A stretch of 64,000 nt of DNA from Eukaryota sp. GEM-RC1. Its lineage: Eukaryota. The notes under the pieces are model-generated. The model was not told the DNA's origin. It saw only the letters and a program-made list of their open reading frames with translations, and ran no database searches. Shown here one piece after another: positions 51,767 to 64,000 of the stretch; position 1 is the first letter of the stretch; the number at the start of each line of letters is the position of its first letter. A program made the position numbers and the translations under genes. The stretch is taken from positions 1,612,001 to 1,676,000 of the forward strand of contig JAUFOQ010000010.1 of NCBI GenBank assembly GCA_040285855.1, given 5' to 3'.

Positions 51767-53562
51767 TCCAATGTAATGGTGAAAATTAGCTTTCAACATA
51801 AAATAGAATTACATTCAATGAAAAGTTCTCTCGAAATTTAGTCCCAAAAAATGATACAAAGACAAAGTGGAGAATCAATCTAACTTCGAATTACTACCAA
51901 AAGAACTACTACCAAAAGAACTACTACCAAAAGAACTACTACCAGAAGAACTACTACCAGAAGAACTACTAACAGAAGAGGCTGTACAAATAGAAGAGGC
52001 TGTAAGTGAAGAAAGAATGAAAGAGACATAGTGAAGTATAAATCTGTGGTAACGGTGTAGTTTGTATAAGATCTTGAGTTGTACGAGTACTTTGAGTGCA
52101 ACAAAGTCGGATCAGTGTTGCCAGGTGTTGGAAAAGACACACCAGAGGAACATTTCATCAGAGCTGTGAAAGAACGACAGTAACTAGGAACATAAAGTTG
52201 TTTGAGGGATAAAGCATTTCAATCGAGTAGACAAAAATCACATGTACAGGCTCAAATTGATAGTACATAGCGTCAATAGAGAAACATAAGTCAAAATGAT
52301 CTTGAATTACCAGAAATAACTGCCAAGTAGTTGTAGAAGAAGAAGACGAAGACACGAGGACGTATGAGGATACGTAGAACCTCAAAACAGAAGGACTTGA
52401 TGAGTGCGAGATTCACTTCAAGACTACGGTTCTCTCTTCTAGAACTTCCAACTACATACTAATGTCAACAGTCCCCCTTCTAAACGCTCTCTGGTTCTAG
52501 ATGATTATGTTCTTCCAATAACTTATGGCTTCACTTAATTACCACATACACGTACTCTTTCTGCCGATGGAGCTTGTGTTGTTTCCAATCCTGATTCTCG
52601 TCGTTCTTTACTTACGTATGATCATTACATTGCCCTCCCCCTTTCCCTCAAGGAGATGTAAATCACGTCATCCTTCTCCTCCAACTAGGTCCTTGAAATA
52701 GAAGATGATGAATGACTTTATACACCGTGCTGTTCAAAACAGAAGCCAGTTCGATCCCTCTTCCTCAAACGCTGAAGCTAAACCACACCTCAATTCTCCT
52801 ACACAATCTCTCAGAAACACTTAGGAATACTAACACCCCCAAAAGATCAGAAGTTTTCTGAATCCTACCACCCTTTCATCTCTCTAGTTCTTCACTCCAA
52901 CTATCTACTTCTTCTCTCTTCCAGTACTAGATCTCCTCTACTTCTTAGTACTTACTATTGGCTTCTATTCACTAGTGGTGAAACTAGTTAACCCTCAGTA
53001 AGTACCCCCAAGTGACACGTCATCAATCTTTGCCAGTACTGTCAGTAGTAATACTATTACTTTCTCTTTGGTTAAAAGATGACGTGGTTTATGACCTTTT
53101 GCAATCTACACGTGTTAACAAATCTTCTCTATTACTTTGGTTGTTTTCAGTGATAGTAATAACCCCATCATCACGTCATCATTGAATCAGTAGATAACGT
53201 TTTCAGACTTAAGTGAAGATCTGGAATTACAAGGGCATCAACACGTGTGTTTCAATAGAAGATGACGTGATTTTTTCTTCTTTGAGTGGTTGAGAATTAA
53301 GACTGGTGAAACAAGTTGAACTGATCTCTCTTTTTTTTGAAAAAAGTTAACAATTTTCAACTTGTTGTTCTTTCAATCATTTTAATTTCAGCGCTTTTTT
53401 TTTATTATTTTATTATTGATTATAATTGTGTAGTTCTATTCAGTGGATGAAGGAATTTTCACTACTCAGAATTTCATATTCAAAAGCTTTGTGTATTTTT
53501 TAATTTGTGGTCAACTAATTGTAGCTATCATTGGTCACAGAAAATTAGATTAATCAAGATAG
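51767..53562 (+). repeat. Repeat family R, copy 4 (duplicate of copy 3), including the 15-bp minisatellite at 51893-51979
   Basis: Near-identical to 25315-27128. Confidence 0.85.
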
Positions 53563-53814
53563 TTATCTCACAAAGTATTGTTTAAAAGAGTTCTTCAGAA
53601 TATCTTGTATATACCCAATCACAAGACACGAATTGTGATTGTCACGGTAAAAATATTCATATTTTTGTAGAGATTTATTTTGACCATTCATTTTTATATT
53701 CTTGGTTGTTATATTTTTGGCGGTTTGTTTTGTTTGATGGATTCTTTCTTTGAATAAGTTTGTTTCTTCTAACAACTTTTTGAGTTCCTGTTCCTGTTCA
53801 ATCTTAATCAGCTT

Positions 53815-54265
53815 TGAGTTCTTAGCTCTGTTAGAAGCAAAATCTTTAACAACAACAGGGTGAATGACATTACTGAGAGGATAAAGTTGACTAGATTTAA
53901 CAATTCCAGACATGATACCAGACATGATTACTATCCGTCTCATTTCTACCTTTGATTGTAGAAGAAGTATTCTTGTCCTAGATGGATGCAAGATTCGTAT
54001 TTCCCCACATTTTATTGATTGGATTAGAAAAACGGGGGCGCTGTAGTGGATACTCCCACCATGTTCCCCTGAATTTAATCCGATCGAACAGTTTTTCGTC
54101 AATTCCGCTGCCGTGTTAGAGATTTCTCGCATTTACATCCAAACGTACCAACCTTTCAAAAGTTGCAAATTATTCTTACTCAAATGACTTACAACTGTTC
54201 AGCTATGTTTGAACATTCTGGTTGGTTTCAAGGCAAATATTACACATCAGGAAACCGATTGTTAA
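53815..54265 (+). mobile_element. IS630/Tc1 remnant, duplicate of 27380-27830
   Basis: Same LPPCSPEFNPIE motif. Confidence 0.75.
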
Positions 54266-55984
54266 ATTTTTTTCAATAGTTTTTATTAATTGTTATTGTT
54301 AAATAATCAATACTACTTTTAAGAGTTTAAGTTAAGAACATGAGGATCATCCGCAGATTCCATCTCATCAAAATTTCTTGAAGGTCCTGGGCCCAAAAGT
54401 GCAACAGATGAAGGACGTCTTCTTTTGACGTCAATATAAGAGTGGACTTCTCGGAATAACTGCTCTCTAAGTGATTGCCTATGTTTCAATAAAGTTCTGT
54501 ACAAGAAACGGAAAGTCGACGATCGACTTCCCTTGCAATGACTAGGCCATGAGAAGAAAGAAAATCATCTCTCTGCCAACCGTTGCAGGTACATGCTCAG
54601 TTATTGAAGACACGGTTCTTCGTTCTCTACTTGTGAGTCTTTGGGTACATCTATCTGTATGGCCTTCCATTTGACAATAAAGACACTTACTCACACTTTT
54701 TTTCTTCTTAGCAATCTGATATGTTATTCTCGCCATCCTCGACAGTTGTTGTTTGAGATTTTGGTATCTTTAGGACAGCAGGTCTACACTGACCTTGGAT
54801 AATTCCATACATAATACTATAAATATTGATTGCTAAAAGTCTCTTCTCCAAATGAGTGCACATTCAACACACTGGACTAAGCCCTATTGTGAGACCTTTT
54901 TGTTAAAAATCAGAATTAAAACAGATATTTTCCTTGTTTTTAGTGACACCCCCAGAGCAACATCAATTGATCGACAAAACAAATACACCTTAAATCCAAA
55001 TTTTCGTTCCATTTTACGAAGAGTATCACCTTTTACTGTAGTAGCCATACCCCCTCTTTTTGAGAATAGATTTTCACTCCAATCCTCAAAACCAACAACA
55101 AGTTCATTTGGAATGCCAAACTGGATAGAAAATCTGTGAACCATGTTTTGTTCACTTCTTTCTTTTTTGACTTATTGGGTCAGACGTCTACGTTTATACC
55201 ATATGGTGAAAAATTTAATATGTAACAGTATTGTGATAAACTGAAATTATTAAATTCGGTTTGACACTCGAATTACTTGTTGTACCCTTTTGTATTTTCA
55301 CTGTATGGTTCTTTTGGTGATTATGCAACATAATTACTTGAAATCATTGTAAAAATGGTAAAAGAAAAAACATCTAGGACTTTTGGTCTTAGATTTTGGA
55401 AGAATCACATTGTATTTACTATCTTTATATGTATGATGACTTCTGTATCTAGCGCCTCATTATCTCTTGGCAGATATTATTGAGACATTATGAGGATAAG
55501 GTAGGTGACAATTTCCAAATAGGTTTTCTGGACTTTGCGATATTGATTACAAGACGTATGTACACTGTAGTGTTGTTGTCAATAAATTTTGTTTGACGGA
55601 GAATTTGTTTTTACTTAGTATATTTTTATAAATGTAAAATATATTTTTTTTGAGAAATTAAAGTTTATTATAAATGTTATAGATCAAACAACTAAAATGT
55701 GATGTCATTAAAACCACACCCGTCGCTATCAAACCTTACAACAGCTTTGTCATCATGTAAAATATTGTGAACAAAAATAATAATCTATTTATTGACAGTT
55801 CACTTATTAGTTTGTCTTGTTAAAAATGAATTGAACAACCTACAGCGAATTAATGGTCATTTATTAGCATCCAAAAGGCTGATAAGTGTTAAAACCCAGT
55901 TCTTGGAAACGAATTTCGTTTGAGAGTGACATGTGAAGTAAAGCAAATTATGGCCATAAAGTGGTTATTCTAGAACTAGGGAAT

Positions 55985-56895
55985 CTAAATCTAGTTTATG
56001 TCATCATTGCCGAAAACCAGTGGAGTCACAAATAACACTCTCAGAATGTGGATGTTACTATCATCCAACCTGTGTGAAAGAACGTCCTAGTATATATGAT
56101 TCAAATGCACACAAGAGTCAGTGTAATTTTTGATTTGTACTTCTACAAGTTGAAAAACTTAAAACAGTCTTTCTATAATAAAGCAAGATAAAAATGATGT
56201 TAAATTGGTTGTATAAAGAGTGGCATACTTCTTCAAATGTCTATTTGCCACTCACTGAAAGATCTCCAAAGCAGCCCACATCAGCATCAGTTGCTCCAAT
56301 AATCTGCATCTGTGAATGATTTCCGTGTTGATCGCCCATCTTCCGAACAATTACAGATAGAAAAAACCTCCACTAGCTCCGAAACTCAAGTCTGCTGTTT
56401 AACTCGTAAGACTCAGACAACTGATGACATATTGGAAGTTCAGTTTCCATTAATGATCCAATAGCCTCGGAGCCGTCACAAAATTTTGGAGACATCCGAA
56501 AACAATACTGCCCGGAGACTCATGAGCTTTTCGACCAACTGATGCTGACTGATAATCGTAAATATCAAAATTTAAAAGAATTAATGTCAGGTGATTTTGT
56601 TCCTGTTGAACTCAAACCATCATACATACCAGGTGCTGGTATAGGAGTGTTCTCGTCAAACGAACTTCCAGGGAACATTATTGTCATGGAATATCTCGGC
56701 GAAAAACTTACCAAAAAGCAGAGCAAAGTCCGAGAACAAGCTTGGTTAGTCAATAATCAAGAGTGGGAAGTTTCATTTATCTTCGAATATGGCGATACAA
56801 TTATTGATTCAGCATCCATGAATCTTGGTTACACTGGTGTGGCTCGCCACACCAATACAAGTAAGATCTGCAATCTACATGGTAAAAAAAAGTGA
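55985..56895 (+). pseudogene. Zinc finger plus SET-domain remnant, copy B
   Basis: Duplicate of 29630-30550; reads GVARHTNTSKICN. Confidence 0.7.
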
Positions 56896-58456
56896 ATGGA
56901 CGTTTTTGTATTCATCAGTTGATCTAATCCATTTGATCTGTCAATGTTTTCCATGTTGATGACGCACTTTTGGAACAATCACATACAGAAAAAACGATTA
57001 CTTGTTCCCAAACTCAAATCTGCTGTTGAACACATGAAACGCAGACAACCAATGACAGATTTGGAAACCGACTTTTCCATTCAAGATCCAATATCAATAT
57101 AGTACATGCATAAAATTTTGTTTCTTTAAATCATCTTAAATGTGAGAATGAAATTCTGAGTAGATAAAATTACTTCCTCTACCGAATAGAATTACACTTT
57201 GAACAGAACGAAATCACAATGAAAAAAGCTACACAGTTCTCAATTTGAAGACGTTTGGGAAAATTTTCAATTTCATTTCTGCGTGTCAAGTGATGAAATT
57301 GTACCACTTTCAGTGCTCATCAATAGATGTTCTTTGTTCTTAAATTTGAGATGATTATTAGAAAGCCATTGATCAACTGAGAACTCGTTATAGACTCACT
57401 GTGAATGAGCCCAATCAAAAAATAGCAGATTTTTTTTACATAGTGTGTCCGAGCTGTTGTTACGCCCATGAGGTCACGTAGCACAACCAGAAGTTTATAG
57501 GAATGCAAACATATCTTTTCCTCTGATGCCCAACTTTCTTCCTTTTGTAGTGGAAATTGTAGGCCATTATACACCATCATGATGGTTTTTCTAGAAGGAG
57601 ACAGAGATGTTCTGTGATGTTCTTTCTTTAAAATACAGTGATCTTGATGGGAAGAGATGCTTAGATCCGAACAGTTGATATATATGCATATATGCATATA
57701 TGCATAAGTTCAGTCAGTCATGGTTTTTTACATAAATAAATATTTCTGCATATTTGAATCAACTTATTTTAAGTCCTTTATTAACGTAGTGTAATCAATT
57801 GACTAGTACATATAAAGTCAAGGTTTGTGGTCTTCTGGTGAAGACCTTGAAAACTATAATGAAGACGAGTTTAATGAGTCTAAGAACAAAAACCACATGA
57901 TATATGCCAAGAAAGATACAGGACAAGTTCTGTATCAAAGCGTCGTGAAAAGTAACTTGCTGAAGTGACTAGGAAAGAACAGAAAACTCATCAAGCTAGA
58001 GAAGCCCGGAGCTGGTATTGTTTGTATATGGGTACGATTTGTCAAGTGACTCCCTTAGTTCTAAAATAAAGTGATCTGAAAGATACTTATCACTAGTACG
58101 CGAAGCCATGGGGGAAGTAGATGTAACTAGACTCAACCAGTTTGTCCCACTTTTGACTTTAAATAGCTGGTCAAACATTTAAAACGAACCCAAGAGGATT
58201 ACTTCAAAAGATTCACAATTCCATGTCCATTAAAGAAAGATGTTTTTTTAAAAGAAACTGAATGCTACTCATGTTCGAGAAGAGAAGACGTAATGTTAGA
58301 GAATAATAATTGAGTGGTCTTTCTTTTCGAGTGTCGATCGGTTTACTGAAGACTCTGACTTGTTTCTCTCTGACAACATCAATGGAGAAGCTTCCACAAC
58401 AACAAGGGCAAGATGCCGGCAAACTCAGACTAAAACTCAGAAACCGCCGTTGACAG

Positions 58457-59403
58457 GTGACTATAGTGACTAAGACGGTGTTAATGGGAGATCAAAAAAT
58501 ATTCGAGGCTCACTTACCGAGGGACCCTCGCCCCCACAAAACCCAAGGAACCACTGAGCCACAACAGGCAGCTTCAACAGAACAACCAGAACCTCCAAGA
58601 ACAACTTCGTCGCCAGCCACTCCCCATTCAGAGAGGAATGCTCTGGCAGTACCGCTTCACGCAAGATGAGTCTTACTCCGATAACGATGAACACATCGAA
58701 TTCGATCTTGATCAGCCCAAGTATCTCTCTAACGCTTTGTTATACACTCACCCTAGGTTACTCGAATCTAGGTACCCGATGTAACTGCTGCGACAACGAC
58801 TGAACAGCTGATGAGAGTCCCGCAGGAATTAAGATCTTCCACGGAATCGAGCCCAATAACAGGATCGGGTCACGATGCCTTTCTACTAATGATCGTGGTA
58901 CTATTGATACTGCAGCAGAAACATCTTGTATTACTCTTGACCTTGCCACTAAAACAAACATGAACATTACCAACAAAGAAATTCCGATCTATCTGGCTAA
59001 TCGATCTGTAATTTTCTGTGCTGGTTTGGCCACTGGTCACCTCACTTTTGCCTTCGATGGACCTGGCAAGAACGTCCATATCAAAGCATCTAAGCTTATC
59101 TTACCTGGCAAAGACCAACTACTTATTGGGTGTGATCTTCTATCCACCTTAGGTCTTATGAATGACTCTGGTGTATACATAAGAACGGACGAAGAGCATC
59201 GTAAGTTTCTAGTAGCTGAAGCTTTGTTTGATTCTTTGATCATTTCGTGTGCCGGAAGTTTTCGCAACCAACGTTCCTAACCCTGACACTACTCCTCTTT
59301 CGAGGTTCAAACAAATCCTGAAACAAAAACGAACACGTATAGAGTTACCCGAATCCGAAGCAAAAGAACTCTTGGCAACACTTCACAACTTTGCTGATGT
59401 GTA
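58457..59403 (+). mobile_element. LTR retrotransposon gag-protease fragment, copy B
   Basis: TIDTAAETSCI...LLIGCDLL; has indels relative to copy A. Confidence 0.65.
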
Positions 59404-61104
59404 ACTCCAAGGAGGTCTTTTGTTGGATATCAACACCACTGTACACCAGGATTATAAGAACCAAAAGAGAAGTATGAAATGGTGGAATTATTCTCGGTTG
59501 TTCTATAAACTTTGTATGAGTTTATCACGTACTCCACCTAGATTCAACTCGAAATCTCCAACATGATACCACCAATGAACAACTGAAGAAAATAGTTCTT
59601 GAAATCAAGAAGATGAGAAAGATTCTGAGAATCATATGGGGCAAAAAAGGAAATTTTGTAAAATTCCTGATGATTTCACTGAAATGGATATTTCACAGAA
59701 TATCACATCACTTATTCATAAACTAATACATCATCTCTTTATGTCATTGATGACTTCCCCACCGTCTGAAGTCTCTGTGAGATCTGCAACACGTCGTCAA
59801 AATGACTTCTCCGCAGTTCCTATTTCCAGGACAGTAACAGTCTTCCCTGGGGATAATTATACTAAGCACACAAGAGGTGTTCTATTCTGTATTTCCTCTA
59901 GAAAAAACCAATACATATCTTGTCTGACAAAAACCAATTACTGATTGGTTGCTTACGGTCTTTGTCATTACTTGTTGATTAAGAAATTCCTTCAACCGAA
60001 ATATCTTAGGACAAAAGAAAAATCGGATCAATGAATTGATTTCAGGGAGTTAGCAAACAATATTTCCAAGTATGGGTTTAAAATTACTTTGAAGGGCTAT
60101 TTCACCAAAGGAGTTCCAGACATAAAGATATTATGATGTAAGATGGGTTCAATTTTCTTTTGTTATCTGGGGAGAGTGTAAAATGTCAGCCAAAAATACA
60201 ATACTTGAATGATGTACGGAACAAGTAATGTGTTTAACTTTACTTTCTGGATGAAAAAGTAGTGATATCAATTTCCTTAATTGAATTGAAGAACTTATTA
60301 TTTTCGAAATTAATTAAATGTTCTTCACGGCCATGAATATGCCTAAAGTGCCAAGTAATCAACTGAATCTAACTAGATAATGACGTGGCGGTTGGTCTCT
60401 TTTCTTGAAATAAGGAAAATTCGGAGTGGACAAAAATTCATCATACTCTAGATAGAACTATTACAAATTATTAAAAAAATTAAAACATAGTATTCTTCTC
60501 AAACAAACATTTGAAGTAGATTGAATCAAAAGAGCTCAAACGTTTGACAAAAGAGAACAAGAGATCAAAAGATCATCTGCTGTAACATATGGTGAGATTT
60601 TACTCATAAATCATTCCACTTTGTTTAATGATGACGTCATCAACCCTTCAAAGAGTAACATCCGAGAAGATACTAGAGTCTAATTAAGATTTGTATATTT
60701 GTAGAGAACGAAAGTTTAAATAGTTGATGTGGTGTAAGAGTATAGAAAGAGAATACGCGACAAACAGTGAATTCACAATTAAAGAAGTAATAGTAATCAA
60801 ATAACAACGTGAAAGCGAAATACATCAATAGAAACGATGAACAACAAAGAAAAGAAGACAGAGATTCCAGGGGACACTAGGACAGACAGACGTGTTTGAA
60901 GTGAAGATGGGACGAAATCACCATGTAAGCGAGAGAATATCATGGTATTGAAGAGTTCTTATGAGTGATGCGGTATCTTACGTTATCTATGTACCAAGAT
61001 GTGAATAATAGATGAAAACGGGAGGAGTCATCATATGATGTTGAACAGAAGAAGGGAATCTCCGTCTTTGAGGATTGTCAATGGTCCTGTTTTGATTTGC
61101 TTTG

Positions 61105-62847
61105 ATGAAGCATAATACTCACACAAGAACTGATGAAACATCCTCCTTCCACAGTGAACCTACTCGATCTTCTTGTAATCCACGAGCTTGCGAAGAACCA
61201 CTGATTTCCACTCTACTCCCAAATCACGAAGAGTATGAACTTCCCTCTGAAGCCCCCTTCACTGCCAAAATCGTGAACGTTGCTTACAATGCAACAGAAG
61301 CTGACATTAGGCAAGCTTTCTCATCTCTTCCCGTTAAAGAAGTTCGATCTCCTAGTAATATACCGGGTACGTTCTTTGTCGAGTTTCTTGATGTTCAAGG
61401 ACTCAAGCAATGTTTAGATAAGTATTGGATGTTTAAGATCCATGGCCGCCCTATCCGTACCTATGTAGCCTCTACTCCTCGGTCTTCTGTTAAACCATTG
61501 AATACTAGTACCTTCTCTTCTAAACCTAATGCTGAACCTAAACCACTTGAACTTCTCCCTTTCACTGCATCATTCCAAACTCCTTTAAGATACCTACACT
61601 TTCAGCAGTCTTTGCTAATTCTCATCAATGTTCACTTGTTGAGAAGTCTTTGTGAGTCTTCCCTTGAATGGGATCGTGAGGAACCTCGTGATGGATTCCT
61701 TTGTTTAAAGAACGAACTTCATTCATTCTTCAAGAAAGTTGGCTATGTAAGCCATCATTTCTTTGAATCAGCTTTTCTAGCAACCAAGGTGTATCTCCAA
61801 ACAAACACGTTCCATGTAGAACCTGAAGATCTTCCTCAACTCTCTTCATTTGCTTCTTTCTTTGGTGCAGAGATACAATCTGTATTCTTACACGAAGACA
61901 GGAGCTTTAATGCTGAAAAATTCATCAATTATTCTAATGTAATTTCAGGATTGGAATTGACATTAGAGAATCATAATGACTTGGAGTTTCTGAACAAGTC
62001 TTCGTTGATTTTTCCACGTCTTAAGGAGCTTCATGTGTGTGCAGATTTTTCAATTTCTATGCCGTTGATCGAACTGTTGAAAGTTAATACTGCAGTTACT
62101 AGTATTGATCTTGATTATCACTTTATTGGAGCTGAAGGTGGTATTACATTGTCCGATGCAATTAAAGTCAATAATTCAATCCACTGTATTAATCTTAATT
62201 CCAACTCCATTGGATCTGAAGGTGCTAGTGCTTTGGCAGAAGCGTTGAAAGTCAATACTACTGTGACAAGAATTGATTTGTGTGCAAACTCCATTGGTCC
62301 TGAAGGTGCTAGTGCTTTGGCACAAGCGTTGAAAGTCAATACTGCTTTGACAAGAATTGATTTGTGTGCAAACTCCATTGGTCCTGACGGTGCTAGTGCT
62401 TTGGCAGAAGCGTTGAAAGTTAATTGTATAATTACAAGTATTAATCTTGATGAAAACTTTGTTGAAGTTGAAGGTGCCAGAGCTTTAGCAGAAGCTTTGA
62501 AAGTTAATTCTACAGTCACGAGTATTGTTCTGAGTAGAAACTCTATTGGACCTGAAGGTGCTATAGTATTGGCAGATGCGTTGAAAGTTAATCATGCAGT
62601 TGCAAGTGTTGATCTGACATGGAACTTTATTGAAGATGAAGGTGTTATTGCTTTAGCAGAGGCCTTGAAAGTTAATACTAGACTTACCAGTATTGATCTT
62701 TGTCTCAACTCTATTGGGTGTGAAGGTGTTAGAGCTTTGGTAGATGCGTTGAAAGTTAATTGTACAATTACAAGTATTAATCTTGATGAAAACTCTTTTA
62801 AAGATGAAGAATTTAGAATTTTGGAAAATGTGCTAAAAAGGAAATAG
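61105..62847 (+). CDS. RRM (eIF4B-like) plus RNI-like LRR protein, copy B (9 LRR units)
   Basis: Intact ~580-aa ORF paralogous to 34558-36372. Confidence 0.9.
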   Translation: MKHNTHTRTDETSSFHSEPTRSSCNPRACEEPLISTLLPNHEEYELPSEAPFTAKIVNVAYNATEADIRQAFSSLPVKEVRSPSNIPGTFFVEFLDVQGLKQCLDKYWMFKIHGRPIRTYVASTPRSSVKPLNTSTFSSKPNAEPKPLELLPFTASFQTPLRYLHFQQSLLILINVHLLRSLCESSLEWDREEPRDGFLCLKNELHSFFKKVGYVSHHFFESAFLATKVYLQTNTFHVEPEDLPQLSSFASFFGAEIQSVFLHEDRSFNAEKFINYSNVISGLELTLENHNDLEFLNKSSLIFPRLKELHVCADFSISMPLIELLKVNTAVTSIDLDYHFIGAEGGITLSDAIKVNNSIHCINLNSNSIGSEGASALAEALKVNTTVTRIDLCANSIGPEGASALAQALKVNTALTRIDLCANSIGPDGASALAEALKVNCIITSINLDENFVEVEGARALAEALKVNSTVTSIVLSRNSIGPEGAIVLADALKVNHAVASVDLTWNFIEDEGVIALAEALKVNTRLTSIDLCLNSIGCEGVRALVDALKVNCTITSINLDENSFKDEEFRILENVLKRK

Positions 62848-63530
62848 TATAGTTGAAATACTAAATTAGCTTCCCCTTCTGTATAACTATAAATATGAAA
62901 CAGACGGTTTTACTTAAAAACTACTGAAGACGTAAAACATATTATGTTCCAATGATTTTGGTAAGCTCAATCAAAATCTGTCTTCGAAATTTATGGATCT
63001 TTCAGTTGTTATATCTAAACCTTGAAAGTATTATTGAATTGAGTTCTGAGTTTTTCATTGATTTTCTGTTGATGCGTAAGTCTAGTTTCAGATCCAAACG
63101 GTATATGCAAATTGCATGCATATATGCATCAGTCCGACTAGTCATGTGCTTTTGCATAAGCATCACTTTATACATTTTTGAATCTACGAATTTTATCTAC
63201 TATTAATTCATTGCAGTATTGTACTACACAGAACATCGTGGAAGCACTGTCAGATTGATGCGGTCAGTTTTAACACCCAACAATCATGTAAACAATTCTT
63301 CTGTAAACAAGAACACTACGCTTCTTAAAAATGTCAGTGTCAACCACATGTATTAAAAGGATATTGTAGAGACACAATTGTATACGACAACTTTACTATT
63401 GTCAGCGTTGACCTGGTTTGCACATAAACCATCAAAGTTGTTGAAAACCCATCCGAAGAATCATTGCCAAATGAATCGATACGTTACCACATGTATGTAT
63501 TGTATGAATCTAGCTAGCAATATCTATGAT

Positions 63531-64000
63531 TAGGGTTGGGCAAAACTCCACTCGAGTTCTACTCCACTTCACTCCAAACTCCACTTCACTCCAAATTTCT
63601 ACGAGTTGGAGTTGTCAAAATTTTACGAGTAAGTCGAGTTGGAGTGAAACTTGTGATTTAATCAGTATTTTTGAGTAAGCTGTACATCGTGTACAATTGT
63701 TTTACCGCTGTAGAGTAACACCTATATGCTTTGTCACTAGAAACAAGGTAAACAAATAAAGGACAGTCTAAAGGTCAATTTGGCGACGTTATTATTCATT
63801 TTGAGTCTAGTAATTCTGGAAGTGAATTCAAGAATGTCTTCGATGTTGAATGGACTATCTATTATCAAGAGCACAGATTAAATATCTGCTTTAAAGTAAG
63901 ACGTAATGGAAAGAAGAAGAGAAAGATCAAAAGCTGAAGTGGAGATAGTGTTGGAATCAAGAAAGAGTTTAACTCCTAGGAAAGCAGATTCAAGGAAACG
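63531..64000 (+). mobile_element. Terminus of a probable hAT-type DNA transposon or MITE
   Basis: Starts TAGGGTTGGGCAAAA within a few bases of where duplication homology stops; dense subterminal ACTCCA/TGGAGT repeats in both orientations. The other end was not identified in the window. Confidence 0.55.

Larger units (their letters stand above)
41144..63527 (+). repeat. Segmental duplication, copy B
   Basis: Colinear with 14698-37312; homology ends at ctagctagcaatatctat. Confidence 0.97.

Overview
AT-rich eukaryotic (probably protist) genomic DNA made mostly of decayed mobile elements and expanded gene families; I see no rRNA, tRNA or CRISPR array. 0.7-14.7 kb is a transposon graveyard: a CRE/R2-like non-LTR 3' half, BTB and kinase fragments, Ty3/Gypsy pieces including a gag-only element with ~75-bp LTRs, a MULE/FAR1 remnant, two Ulp1-like protease domains, and a degenerate Fanzor (eukaryotic TnpB-like RNA-guided nuclease) at ~13.4-14.7 kb, most of which the ORF track misses. 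From 14698 a ~22.6-kb block is directly duplicated (14698-37312 vs 41144-63527, offset ~26.4 kb). It carries a BTB-BTB-Sel1 gene, an RNI-like LRR gene, Tc1/IS630 remnants, a zinc-finger/SET remnant, a retroviral-type protease fragment and an intact RRM(eIF4B-like)-LRR gene. The Fanzor right end coincides with the left duplication breakpoint, inside the BTB-Sel1 gene. The intact paralog has CATA followed by a near-perfect match to the Fanzor's 3' flank, which resembles a TAM plus guide target. A ~1.8-kb mosaic repeat occurs four times and shares segments with gene N-termini. All calls come from manual translation and motif recognition; boundaries are approximate and no database search was run.
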